Origin: Octopus sinensis
Lineage: Eukaryota
Reading direction: 5' to 3'
NCBI RefSeq assembly: GCF_006345805.1
Contig: NC_043008.1
Span: 70,556,001 to 70,620,000, forward strand
DNA: 64,000 bases
Under the pieces are notes generated by a model that saw only the letters and a list, made by a program, of their open reading frames with translations, had not been told where the DNA came from and ran no database searches. Shown piece by piece: positions 13,940 through 26,308 of this stretch (position 1 is its first letter; every line of letters begins with the position of its first letter). The position numbers were made by a program, and so were the translations under genes.

Positions 13940-14590
13940 GGATCGGTAGTAGATGATTTTGGCCTGCGTCCATTACACTGCAGCCTTAGCGCGGGCCGAT
14001 TCCCCCGAAACGCTGTTATGAATGACATAATCTAAAGAGTCCGCGATACGGCTGGCTTCTCGGTTCAGTTGGAGCGGTTCGGTTCGACTGCAGGGACGGT
14101 AAGCGCCCCGATGGAATTATCCTCTTCCCATTCGAGGGAGGCAGATTACTAGTCTGGGACACGACGTTCAGTGGCACATTCTCTTGCTTCAACCTTTCTA
14201 CATCGGCTGAAAAACCGAATGTCGCCGCTCGTAACAGGGGTCTGGCCAGCCACAATCAGTTTGTGCCGGTCACCGTCTAGATGTCAAGTGTTCTCGGTAA
14301 AAATAGGGATAACGGCAGCCCGTCTGAGAAATGAAGCTCGCGTGTTGGAGTGGCCGCTGCAATGAGTACCGCTAGCCATTTTCCGCGGCAACGCCATCGC
14401 AGTTATTACCGGGAGGCGCCGCTAAGCACACTGTTTGTTCTGAGGTGTGTGGCACATCACCCCCTCCTCTAACTTCAGCTGCTTTACTGCTCGTTTTCTT
14501 TCTTTCCCCTTTTTACCTTTCTTTTTTTTATTTGTTTCTTTGTATTTAAATGTAATCTGTTGAATAATTGACTGTAGAAATAAAGCGATT
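13940..14590 (+). mobile_element. CRE-like non-LTR retrotransposon 3' fragment (restriction-like endonuclease domain)
   Basis: Frameshifted translation GLRPLHCSLSAGRFPRNAVMNDII..DGKRPDGIILFPFEGGRLLVWDTT..LAIFRGNAIAV follows the CRE-type zinc finger / DGKRPDG / QRGNA pattern. AATAAA near 14580. Confidence 0.75.
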
Positions 14591-15159
14591 TTTTATAAGA
14601 AAATACGTGAATTAAAAAAATAAACTTCAAAATGTAAAGAAATTTAGGTGCTTTCTTTGAGATTTTCGTAAATAAATTGTTGCTCCCAAGTCTGTTTATT
14701 TAAATGTCTTGTAGTTATACCGTGAACAATTTCCTTCTGCGTTGGCACAAAACCATTTAAAATGCCGCAATTTTAAGACACTAAACAATTGATTTATAAT
14801 CAAGACACTCCTCCATAAGATATTAGACTCGTATATGCAATTGTAGTAGCGCTGTAAGACCTTCGTTACTAACAGTCGGCGTAGATTTAACTCCAAAATT
14901 ACGATGTTCAGTTTTACAGTTTTAAGAGAAGAGAATAACAATGGCTGCTGAAATGTACGAAATCATAGGCTGAAATGGTTATTTTATTATTGGAATTTCC
15001 ATTCAGTTAGTGATGTCCTTTGGTGCAGTCACATTAGTTATATTATTTTTTAATATAATTTACATTCATTTATTTAATTTGCTTTATACCATAGATTTTA
15101 TGGCAGATTTACAAACTGCTCATGGTCATATGTTATTGTGTTCGATATTTCTGGCTAAA

Positions 15160-15367
15160 AATAAGGCGGGACACTTGCAGAGTCGTTAACACACCGGACA
15201 GAATGCATAGCGGCATTTCGTCCGTCTTCCCGTTCTGAGTTCAAATTGTGCCGAAGGAAATTTTACCTTTCGGGATCGATAAAATAAGTACCAGTTGAGT
15301 ACCAGGGTCGATGTAATCGATTTAGCTAACTCCCCGAAATTGGTGGCCTTGTGCCAAAATTTCGAAA
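15160..15367 (+). mobile_element. SINE family A with 18-bp TSD
   Basis: Flanked by TCGATATTTCTGGCTAAA (15142-15159) and TCGATATTTCTGGTTAAA (15368-15385). Confidence 0.88.
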
Positions 15368-15791
15368 TCGATATTTCTGGTTAAAGATGATTAAAATTCA
15401 AATACAAGAAAGTCGCCTTCGAACATATAATCAAGTATGTTTGGTTATAGTAGGTGGCATAATTGGTAAAAATTGATTAGATTTAAATGTTGCTATACTT
15501 TAGATAGCCATTTAGTTCGTGAAGATTATAAAGGAGAATTAAGGTCTAAAGATAAGTTGAGGAAGTTAGCTGACTTCGATTGTAATGGAAAGGTTAAAAT
15601 TTGCGAATAACTTAATTAAAGCTGTCTAATTCTCTCCGATGTCGATTTAAATAGTTATTTTCTTATCTTAACCCTTTCTCTACCGCCTATCTTTCATTGA
15701 CCATTTGTCTAAATCTTTAACACAGTCAGCTGTTCTGAATATTGACGTTATCTTTTAGTATCTTATTCCCACCGTTTTAAACTGTCTATCA

Positions 15792-16105
15792 TATGGTTCC
15801 GGGTTCAGTCCCACTGCATGGTACCTTGGGCAAGTGCCTTCTACTATAACCTCGGACGACTAAAGCCTTGTGAGTGGATTTGGAAGATGGAAACTGAAAG
15901 AAGCCAATCGTGTATATGTATATATGTATGTGTGCGTGTCTTTGTGTCTGTTTTGTCTCCCCCCCGACTTCTTGACAACCGGTGTTGGTGTGCTTACGTT
16001 TCCGTAACTTAGCGGTTCGACAAAGGAAACCGATAGAATAAGTATCAGGCTTAAAAATACGATAAGTCCTGGGCTTGATTTGTTCGTCTAAAAGCCTTGA
16101 AGGCG
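15792..16105 (+). mobile_element. SINE family B, 5'-truncated
   Basis: ATGGTTCCGGGTTCAGTCCCACTGC..GACAACCGGTGTTGGTGTG..CTTAGCGGTTCG. Confidence 0.82.
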
Positions 16106-16564
16106 TTTCTTTCTCTGTCTATGTCGTATTCATTTCCTTTTCACTCTATGTCGTATAAATATAAATATGTCATAACCTAAGTCGATACGTGTTGTTTACC
16201 TGTCTATCCTACTGTTTTGTTATACATGTATTAGCTTGACTGATACAATACCTGTACCCAATTCTCATTTAGACAGCTGCCAAATACCTGTTTATTAAGT
16301 TACCTTTAAAGTAGGAGTTTAGGCATGAATTTGACCTCAGCGCTAATTGTGTGTACCTCATCAGACATAATTTTAGCATCAATTTCTGAGTCTGCGTGTG
16401 TGTACCTATCTGTTGTGTATGTGAGAGTGTGTGTAAATACACACTCATATATAAATATGAATACAATTATGCATACACACACACACACGCACATATATAA
16501 ATATATATATATATATATAGTCGTATATATGTATATATATATATATGTGTGTATGTGTTTGTGT

Positions 16565-16772
16565 GTCTGTGTTTGTCCCCCTATCATTGCTTGACAACCG
16601 ATGCTGGTGTGTTTACGTCCCCGTCACTTAGCGGTTCGGCAAAAGAGACCGATAGAATAAGTACTGGGCTTACAAAGAATAAATCCCGGGGTCGATTTGC
16701 TCGACTAAAGGCGGTGCTCCAGCATGGCCACAGTCAAATGACTGAAACAAGTAAAAGAGTAAAAGAGTAAGA

Positions 16773-16832
<60 letters not shown>

Positions 16833-17235
16833 GCATATATACGCATCTTTTATCATTTATCTTTTACTTGTTATAGACATTTAGACTGCGACCATGCTGG
16901 GACACCGCTATGAAGAATTGTTAGTCGAATGAACCATAATTAATTCTTTTAAATTCTATTACTGGTATTTATTCTATCGATTCTTTAGTCGAACCTTAAG
17001 TTCCGGGGACGTAAGCACAACATGTATAAGCTTCTTTGTGTCTGTCCTCCACCACCGCTTGACAACCGGTGTTAGTGCGTTTACGTTCCCGTAAGCTAGC
17101 TGTTCCACATAAGTGACCGATAGAATAAGCAGCAGGTTGGAAAGAAAATATGTGCTGGGGTCTATTCATGTAGCAAAAAATTCTCCAAGGCAGTGTCCCA
17201 GCAAAACCGCATTCTACTGACTGAAACAAGAAAAG
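16565..17235. mobile_element. Cluster of SINE family B 3' modules (16565-16772 +, about 16861-17030 -, about 17040-17235 +)
   Basis: Repeats of CTTGACAACCG..TTTACGT..GACCGATAGAATAAG..CCAGCATGGC..GACTGAAACAAG. Confidence 0.72.
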
Positions 17236-17349
17236 AACAAAACGTAAAGAATTTAAACTACGCAACACTAGCTTCCGTAAGATCGAAATTGCAGTCGTAT
17301 TCCGAAATTGTATATAAGTATGTATATATAAAAAGGGTAAACATCCTTC

Positions 17350-17662
17350 TTCGGTCATGAATGAGCATGGGATTTCACTGGAAAGTTACGCTCCGTGGCA
17401 CAAGTCCGGACAAGCTCACCCATGCATACAAGCCTCCCCTCTCTACGACATAGATGTTATCCAAGGGAAAGGCAAGGGCGGATACAGCTTGGCACCAGTG
17501 ATGTAGCAACTTATTTCTACGGCTGAGTGAACTGAGAGAACGTGGAATAAAGTGTCTCGCTCAAGAACACAACACACAACCCGGTCCTGAAATCGAACTC
17601 ACTACTCATTACTTCATGATTGTGAGGCCGATGTTCCAACCACTGCGTCATGCGCCTTCACT
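17350..17662 (-). mobile_element. SINE family C
   Basis: Shared GCTGAGTG..ACGTGGAATAAAGTGTCTCGCTCAAGAACAC..ATCGAACTCAC body. Confidence 0.72.
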
Positions 17663-17712
17663 TAGTGTTTATCATTAAATATATATATATATGGGTGTGC
17701 GTGCGTGCGTGC

Positions 17713-17749
<37 letters not shown>

Positions 17750-18428
17750 TGTGCGTGCGTGCGTATATATATAGATATATATACAGTACATACGCAACTA
17801 ACAAAATATTGCGGTTTAATGGTGTTTTGATTGTAATATGAAAAATTACTTAGAAGGAAAAAACAACATAAGCTGAAATCAAATGTTTCACCAGAACATG
17901 CGACTCCAGACCAAATCACTTGTCACGTATCCTTGGAAAAAAAAATCTAAAATTGTTTTCTCGATTTCAGACAGACTTAAGAATGCAATTGAGATAACTG
18001 TCAGTAGTAATGGTGTACCACTTAATAAATCCAGTAGACATAACGAAGATGTGTGACTGAAAGATCGAGATAGTAACTGAAGCCACTCGATAACATAAAT
18101 TGAATATTTGCATCGACATTATGCTTCCATCTCTAATTGTCATCAAGTGTTCTGTTTCTTGATATAAACATTGTTTTAGTTTGGACTAAAACTAGGAATC
18201 TTTCAGACACTAGCGCTTTGTGAATATGTACTGTGGCTTTGAAAATAAAGATTAAGGCTTCATTAATAAGACTATTGCTTTGCAAACATAGATTATGGCT
18301 TTATGGATGGAAGGTATAGATTTGTGGATAAAGGCGAATGCATTTCTGGATAAGGACTTTGGCTTAGTCAATAAGAGCATTATTTTATAAAACGATTTCA
18401 TTCTCTGAATATTATCGTTATAATAAAC

Positions 18429-18675
18429 CAGTGGCCCTAAACCGGGGTCCATATGACCCTTGGGGTTCGTATAATATTTAGTTGTTAAGATTTATCAGCA
18501 ATAAAATGGTTATTCTTGTACAACACACAAAATATCATTTTATACAATTCCTAAAAATATTTAATTATAAAAATATAACATGATTTTTTTTATATACATC
18601 GAATGGTTAAGGAAGTCCAGTAGAGCAAAATAGGAATCAATGAGGTTCATGTGTAAAAATGGTTGAGAATCACTG
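18429..18675. mobile_element. hAT (Charlie-like) MITE
   Basis: Ends CAGTGGCCCTAAACC and GGTTGAGAATCACTG resemble the CAGTGGTTCTCAACC-type TIR. The 8-bp TSD is not preserved. Confidence 0.55.
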
Positions 18676-18799
18676 TCAAATAATTTATTATATTAGGACT
18701 CGTGTCATTATAAAAGAGCCACCATAACAACGTTGGAAGATAGAGCAGACGAAGTGTTATGACTATAATAACTATAGCAGGGACATCAGTTCAAATATG

Positions 18800-18845
<46 letters not shown>

Positions 18846-19019
18846 TACTACTACTACTGATTTCAAATTTTGGCACATGGTCAGAAAGTTCAGCCAAGAG
18901 AGTAAGTCGATGACGTCGACGATTTGAAGGCATTTGCTGCTCTCTCACGTAATAATAGGAGAAAGGAAATAGGCATAAAACCTAGTTTAGTGTAGCCCAA
19001 GAAAACAATGTTATTAATG

Positions 19020-19125
19020 ATAGTTAGGGTTACTTAGGAAGGTTCTTGGTATGTATCTAAAGTTACTTGTTGCCCGATGTTAGGAATTTTTCTTTTCCAG
19101 CCGTTTAATCTGTTGTGTGTGTGTG
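19020..19125 (+). mobile_element. Short 3' end of an R4/Dong-like LINE (family X)
   Basis: Closely resembles 21820-21915 (GGTTCTTGG..TACTTGTTG..CCCGATGTTAGGA..TTTTCCA..TAATCTGTTG). Confidence 0.6.
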
Positions 19126-19129
19126 GGAT

Positions 19130-19470
19130 TACTAAAAGACGAAATTGTAAGAATGTTGGCAATGAGGAGAGTAACTGTTCTCGCGGTAGTTGTAGGGGCG
19201 CTCGGAGCACTAACGTCCAGGTTCGAGAAATATGTGGGAGAAACTGGAATTGACATGAGGCAGAGCGAACCACTAAAACTGCTCTATTAGGGACAGCTAG
19301 AATTTTGAGATTGACGCTTTGGTGGTGAGAGTCTTCTACGATAAGTTAACATTCAGGTAACAAAGCTTATAATTTGTGGAGAGAGACCTTCTGAGACTTA
19401 TGGGAACAGGTTGCTTCCGCTCTCACAGAATCATCTAGAGGCAAGTAAGACCAAGAACTCTAGGAGTAAA
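19130..19470 (+). mobile_element. R4/Dong-like LINE 3' fragment (family Y-like; RLE C-terminus and 3' UTR)
   Basis: Translation EIVRMLAMRRVTVLAVVVGALGALTSRFEKYV..KTALLGTARILR, followed by (TAA)/(GAT)n. Confidence 0.7.
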
Positions 19471-19542
19471 ATAATAATGATAATGATGATGATGATGATG
19501 ATGATAATAATAATAATAATAACAACAACAACAACAACAACA

Positions 19543-21637
19543 AAGCCTTTACTGCAGTAATATCGCAAAGATTGAACAAGCATCTGGAAGAAAACAACCT
19601 GTTTCCAGAGCAGAAGGGATGCTGCAAGGGTTCATATGGCTGTAAAGATCAACTAATGATCAATAAAACCATAACTGAAGACAGTTGCAGAAAGAAGAAA
19701 GGCCTCAGTATGGCCTGGATTGACTATCGAAAGGCTTTTGATAGCATTCCCCACACATGGATCCTCGAAACACTAGCCATTAACAGGGTAGTACCAACGA
19801 TTATAAAATACATAAGACACTCTATGAATAAATGGCAGACGGTGCTACAGCTCCAAACAAAAGAGGGACTCGTGAAAACCAAAGTCATCCCCATTAGAAG
19901 TGGAATATTCCAGGGAGACACGCTCTCTCCACTCCTTTTCTGCTTGGCACTGACACATCTATCTGATATGCTAAATAGAACTGGATGCGGATACAAATGT
20001 TACGGCAAAACAATCAGCCACCTAAAACTATACGCTACAAATGACAAACAGCTGGAAACACTACTACAGAGAGTACATGGATTTACCAAAGAAATAGATA
20101 TGAAATTTGGATTAGAAAAATGCGCCAAAGCAACCCTGAAAAGAGGAAATCTAGTTAAGAGTAGTAACATCACGCTAGATAAAGTCAATGAAATAAAAGA
20201 ATTATACCTAAGCCAGACATACAAATATTTAGGAATCCACGAACTAGATATGATACAGCACACACAAATAAAAGAGAAAATAAAGAAAGAATACTATAGA
20301 CGAGTTAGATCCATACTAAAAACAGTGCTCAATGCTAAAAACAAGATAATAAGTTATAAGTTACAGCTACAATATCCTTAACTGGACACTAAATGAACTA
20401 ACCAAAATAGTCAGGAAAACAGAGAAAAACAATGACAAGATCAAGGATGCACCACCCAAAATCTGACACAGAAAGGCTATATATACAACGTATAGAAGGT
20501 GGTAGAGGCCTTATACAGCTGGGAAACTATTATAAAATAACCACCATAGGACTGCAAAAATATCTACTTCAGAAGCAAGGAAAACTGATACAAATAACGG
20601 CAAAACATGAGCAAAATATAAAACTGTTCTCAGTATTTAAGGAAACTGACAAATACAAACAAGAAATCATACTACCAAACAAATATGAAGACGAAGAAGA
20701 AGAAGAAACAACAAAAGCTATAGAACAAATGAAATCCAAACTAAAACTACAACAGCAACGGACCATGATAAAAAGATGGCAAGAAAAGCCCCTTCATGGC
20801 AAATACTGGGCTAAACTAAATGCAAAAGAAATAGACTGAGAAAAATCCTAGCATGGTTGAGAAACTCAGGACTCAAAGCAGAGACGGACGGATTTTAATT
20901 GCAGCTCAAGACCATAGCCTCCCCACCAAAAATTACCAAAAACATATAATGAAAAGAAACATAACAAGTAACTGCAGAATATGTGGAGATGGACAAGAAA
21001 CAATAAATCATATTATCTCTGGCTGCCCAGTCCTGGCTAAGAAGAAATATATACACATGCACGACAGAGTTGGGACCTACATACACTAGAAGCTATGCCA
21101 ACACTATGGAATAACAACAGAGAAAATATCGTATAGGCACACACCAGAAAAGGTCACAGAAAACGAGAGAGCAACCATACTCTGCGATATGCCAATACAC
21201 ACAGATAGAGAAATTAAGGCCAATAGCCTAGATATAGTTGTCAGAGATCATGAAGAAAAAAAAAGGCTTTCTAATTGATGTATCAATACCAGCATCTGAC
21301 AACGTGTCTCTAAAAGAAATGGAGAAACTTTCAAAATACAAAAACCTGGAAATAGAGGTAACTCGAATGTGGAATTTAAAAACAGAAACAATTCTTATCA
21401 TAGTATGCGCATAGGTATGATAAAAAATATTCAGACAAATACATAACAAAAACACCAGGACTTACAAATATATATAACATACAGAAAATTGCACTACTAG
21501 GCACTGCACACATCCTACGCAAAACACTTTCAATACAGTAACCATCAGAGCATCACAACAAACCACAGCACATAACCAAGGCACACAGAGCTGCACTCGG
21601 TAGTGAAGTGAAAGCACGCTATAAAATAAAACTACTG
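19543..21637 (+). mobile_element. 5'-truncated R4/Dong-like LINE (RT, CCHC and RLE), degenerate (family Z)
   Basis: RT motifs QKGC, WIDYRKAFDSIPH, GIFQGDTLSPLLF, MKFGLEKC; zinc motif CRICGDGQETINHIISGC; RLE PDIVVRD..LIDVSIP..KY. Flanked on both sides by (TAA)/(CAA) tracts. Frameshifts and stops present. Confidence 0.93.
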
Positions 21638-21655
21638 AATAATAATAATAGTAAT

Positions 21656-21915
21656 AATACCAGGACTTAGCCATAGAATTACAGGGACTATGGAAAGTGC
21701 GAATAAAATGTATCCCCGTTGTTATAGGGGTACTGGGAATTATCCCTAAAGATATAAACAGATGGATAGAGTAAATGGGCATAAACCCAGTTTAGCACAG
21801 CTCTAGAAAACAGCTAGGGTACTAAGGAGGGTTCTTGGCATCTAAGGCTACTTGTTGTAGCCCGATGTTAGGATTTTTTCTTTTCCAACAGTCTAATCTG
21901 TTGTATGTATTTAGT
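21656..21915 (+). mobile_element. R4/Dong-like LINE 3' fragment (family X)
   Basis: Translation YQDLAIELQGLWKVRIKCIPVVIGVLGIIPKDINRWIE, followed by (GAT)n(AAT)n. Confidence 0.75.
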
Positions 21916-21916
21916 A

Positions 21917-21957
<41 letters not shown>

Positions 21958-21979
21958 AATAATAATAATAATAATAATG

Positions 21980-22037
<58 letters not shown>

Positions 22038-22745
22038 GATAAGTGGACAAAAAATAGGCGGATAAGGAAAAGAATGCATGGACAATTTCATACGGATGTT
22101 GAAGATAAGACAGACAGAGAAAACAGATGGTATTGGATGCCTAAGGGTGATCTAAAACCGGAAACGGAGACTCTTATCTGTGCTGCCCAAGAGCAAGCAC
22201 TAAGAACGAATTACATCAAATACAGAATAGACAACACGTCAGAAAGTGATAACAACAGAATTTGTGAACAAAATGGAGGAACCGTATGGCATATTAACAG
22301 TCAATGTATACCACTAGCTCAGAAAGAATATAAGCGATGTCATGACAATATAGCAAGGATTGTCCATTGGACACTTTGCAACAAGTATGGACTTGACAGA
22401 GCACAAAAGTGGTACGAACATAAACCCGAAGGCATCATTGAAAATGATAATGCAAAGATCCTATGGGGTTTTATGATTCAGTGCGGCTATTAGATAGAGA
22501 ATATGAAACCAGACAGTGTTAATTGAGAAAGAAAGCAAACGATACTGGATCTAAGGTTAGCTTGGTGGGGGTTAAGCTGTTGGAGTCGCTGAAAAAGGTG
22601 GTAGTAGTACCAATAATTGTCGGAGCCCTCGGAAGAGTGAGTAAAATTCTTGAGAAGTACATGGAACAAATAGGGAATGCAATATGGGTGGAGTACTTGC
22701 AGAAAACAGCACTTCTTGGAACCGCTCGAATACTCCGGATGGGGT
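22038..22745 (+). mobile_element. R4/Dong-like LINE 3' fragment (family Y)
   Basis: ORF 22074-22493 MHGQF..LKPETETLICAAQEQALRTNYIK..HDNIARIVHW..WYEHKPEG, then VVVVPIIVGALG..LQKTALLGTARILR. Confidence 0.88.
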
Positions 22746-22849
22746 GTTACTTTATTTCACTGATAGTGAACAGGTGGCACCGAAGTACATCTCCAGCGTT
22801 AGAAGCTTTGCAAAGACAATAAATAGTAGTAATAATGATAATAATGATT

Positions 22850-25452
22850 TCCTTTATTTGCCACCAGGATGAAGGATGAGAGGCACAATACAAAGACAGA
22901 CGTAAAGGGTTGGGGTTCACATAATGAAACAATAAAATGAAAAGTATACACGGTATACATTTGAAGGGAAGTATACATGGTATATGACAAGAGAAAAAAG
23001 AAAAAAAAGTAATCGCGATGGGATCCCCCTGAGGACCTCTAGGAAGACCCCTAGGGATAATCAAGGAACCCCATCATTCAAGATCACCCTGAGTACCAAG
23101 GCCGAGAGTCCACTCTGACTTCTTTCTTACGTCTAACCGATCTACACTGAGAGTAGTACCATCCATTCTTGCCATTTTTGCAACTTTCACCCATCTTTTT
23201 ATAAATTCACTCGAGGACAGTTTCCCCCTCTCCACCCTCACTTTTCTTTTCAAGAGAAATTTGAAAATTCAATGAGGTCGTTATCAAAGTTTATGTCCTC
23301 ATTCCTTTCAGCCTTGTCCACCACATAACCTCCTTCGCTACAGCCACGAGACAAAGGAAAAATGCCTTGCAAGCCCGATTAAAGGAGGGTGGCGGGACAA
23401 TCATCATTATGGACTCGGACGACAAACAGATCTGTCTTACACTCGACAGCAGCTGTTCGTCAAAACAGCTTTAGTCACCAATGCCCGGACACTGAACGAG
23501 TGCATGCAGAACAGTTTCGTCTGTCAGCACATCCGTGCCTGTAGCGTTTTATCTGGAACCGGTAGTGCCCCCAGGTAGCACTGCTAGGTCAAAGACCTCT
23601 GGACATTATCCATAACAGTCCCCAACGGGAAAGCCCTGCAGAACAGACTTGCCAGTTCGTCTTCGTTGACACCTAGGTTCTCCCCGAAGATGCCGTCGCA
23701 CTTCCCCGATATTAACCCTCTGTAAATTTCTAAAGTGGCACATCCACCAATCTTATTGCCCAACTTGTAGAGAACAGTGAGTGCCTGACGACATTCTAAG
23801 TGCCAGGCCTATCCGTTACCCAGGACTACGGCTCCGTCAAGGAGACGAGCGGCGGAAAGCGATGTCTCATAAACAGAGACCACACACGTTCACCTTCTGG
23901 AAATCGCTTCAGGTGGCGCAACCTGAGTGCGTGTCTGCGCATTAAAATCCATGGCATGTCTAAGCTGCTACGCAAAAGAAGTTGGCCACATACCAACCGC
24001 CTGACCGTTGGAACGCGTCCCTTCCACAAGAAAATAAACAGGACACGCTCCGATCTAATCAAGCAATAACTGAGGCAAGGCACAGCGGTCAGGCGATAAA
24101 TAATAACAGAGGCGATGTAAGCATCCGCCACCTCTGCCCGATCTTTCAGAGACAACTTACTCTCTGCCCATTTCTGGGTAAGAGAAGTCACCCTCTCTTC
24201 CCAATTCTTATCCACCTGGGGGTCGGGACCAAATCAGACCCCGAGCAGTTTACACTCCGGCTAACAGCACCAGGAATTCTCCCGCTCTGCTGTCTATTAC
24301 TGTAGACATCTTCTAAGAGGCTAGCAAATAAATCTGGCATGGAAACATAGAATTCGTAGGGCAGACCATCCAAACCGGGTGATTTGCGACTTGTGCACCC
24401 GTTCATTGCTTAACTAGTTCGCTAATCCGGTGCCTGTATCTTTGCAAGCCGGTAAGGACGTATTCGACTTCCAGTAACCGAGTCCCTGTCTCCGGGTCCT
24501 ATCTAAATCGACTGATCATATCACAAATTTGTGATCAGTGAAGCTGACCAATTTAAACTGTGGACAAACTATACTATCCCTATCCTCTGACCTAAATACT
24601 CTATCTAAATACTATCTGAATGACCTGCTGTGTCGGTACCTGTCAGAAAGCTGGAAAGTCCTGAGTAGGCTTTCGAGGCTTTTACAACCCTTTCTACTAT
24701 GTACTAAACCCATACAGTCCTTCTACGCGTCCAAAATACTATTTCAGCCCCCGCACTAGTACTAAAGTGTGGGACGTTTCCAAGAATGTTTCTAGACACC
24801 TGAAGAAATCTGACCTTCCAGCACCTGTTGGGGCATAAACTACCACTAGTCTAAAGGCGCCACCTTCGCTGCTGTTCACGCCCAGGACCACCAGCCTACC
24901 ATCCGGCTCCACGAAGATAGCTCGTACTTGGAGATCTAAGGATCCCCAGAGTAGCACTGCTACACCGCCACCCGCTCCCGATAGACCACATGATGAGAAT
25001 ATCTTGTAGTCCTCGAAAACGATGCTAGAGCGTGTTTTCCGGAGATACTTGTTTCACTAATGGCAACCACACCCAAATCAAGTGACCTGAGATGATTGAG
25101 CCTTACTTCCAGGCTGATCCCAGGCCAAGCACATTCACTCACCTGATTTTTAGCACAACCATACTAAACGGAGAAAGAAAATGACGAGGTTACTCCCCTT
25201 GGTTTTCGAGAAGCCCAGAACTTCTGGGATTCTCTACTGGCGAAAATTTCTTAAAAGGCCCTTCTAACTGCCTTTTATGAATAGATGTTTTAAGAATCTC
25301 CACACTTCCTGGGAATTTTACTATCATAGTTTTATAAATGTCTGATGACGTTTTAATTAGGGATCTGTTCCTGGGGGCTTTGATGGAGAAATCCTCAAAT
25401 TCTCTTTCCTCTGTGTCTATACTATTTTTATTTTGATTTACAAAATCGATCA
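22850..25452 (-). mobile_element. Tx1-like (L1 clade) LINE with intact 3' end, APE endonuclease and two large internal deletions
   Basis: ORF2 start MVVLKI..VNV.GL at 25162; APE motifs LGVVAISET, GAFRLVVVYAP, YLDRV, TDHK; KSPGLDGLPYEFY; DKNWEE..LSLKDRAEVA; C-terminal RWVKVAKMAR. AATAAA plus an (ATT)n tail near 22855. ORF1-like remnant at 25190-25452. Confidence 0.88.
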
Positions 25453-26054
25453 AGTCCTGGCTAAGAAGGAATATATTCACAGACACGACAGAGTTGGGAC
25501 CAACATACACTGGAAGCTATGCCAACACTATGGAATAACAACAGGAAAAAGATGGTATAGGCACACACCAGAAAAGGTCACAGAAAACGAGAGAGCAACC
25601 ATACTCTGGGATATGCCAATACACACAGATAGAGAAATTAAGGCCAGATATAGTTGTCAGAGATCAGGAAGAAAAAAAATGCTTTCTAATTGATGTATCA
25701 GTACCAGCATCTGACAATGTTTCTCTAAAAGAAATGGAGAAACTTTCAAAATACAAAGACCTGGAAATAGAGGTAACTCGATTGTGGAATCTAAAAGCAG
25801 AAATAATTCTTATATTTGTAGGCGCATTAGGTATGAAAAAAATAATATTCAGACAAATACATAACAAAAAACACCAGGACTTACAAATATATATAACATA
25901 CAGAAAAATGCACTACTGGGCACTGCACACATCCTACATAAAACACTTTCCATACAGTAACCATAAGAATATCACAACAAACCACATCACATACTCAAGT
26001 CACACAGAGATGCGCTCGGTAGTGAAGTGAAAGCACGCTATAAATATAAAACTA

Positions 26055-26057
<3 letters not shown>
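25453..26057 (+). mobile_element. Second copy of the family Z R4/Dong-like LINE 3' end
   Basis: Highly similar to 21030-21637 and ends at the same ACTACTG-(AAT)n junction. Confidence 0.92.
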
Positions 26058-26141
<84 letters not shown>

Positions 26142-26308
26142 AAGAAGAAGAAGAAGAAGAAGAAGAAGAAGAACAAGAAGAAGAATAAGAAGAAGAAGAA
26201 GTAGAAGAAGAAGAAGAAGAAGAAGAAGAAGAAGAAGAAGAAGAAGAAGAAGAAGAAGAAGAAGAAGAAGAAGAAGAAGAAGAAGAAGAAGAAGAAGAAG
26301 AAGAAGAA
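26058..26308. repeat. Compound (AAT)n(AAG)n microsatellite; related tracts at 21915-22037, 28612-28695, 44393-44521, 49162-49290, 50486-50582 and 50780-50872
   Basis: Direct reading. Confidence 0.98.
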
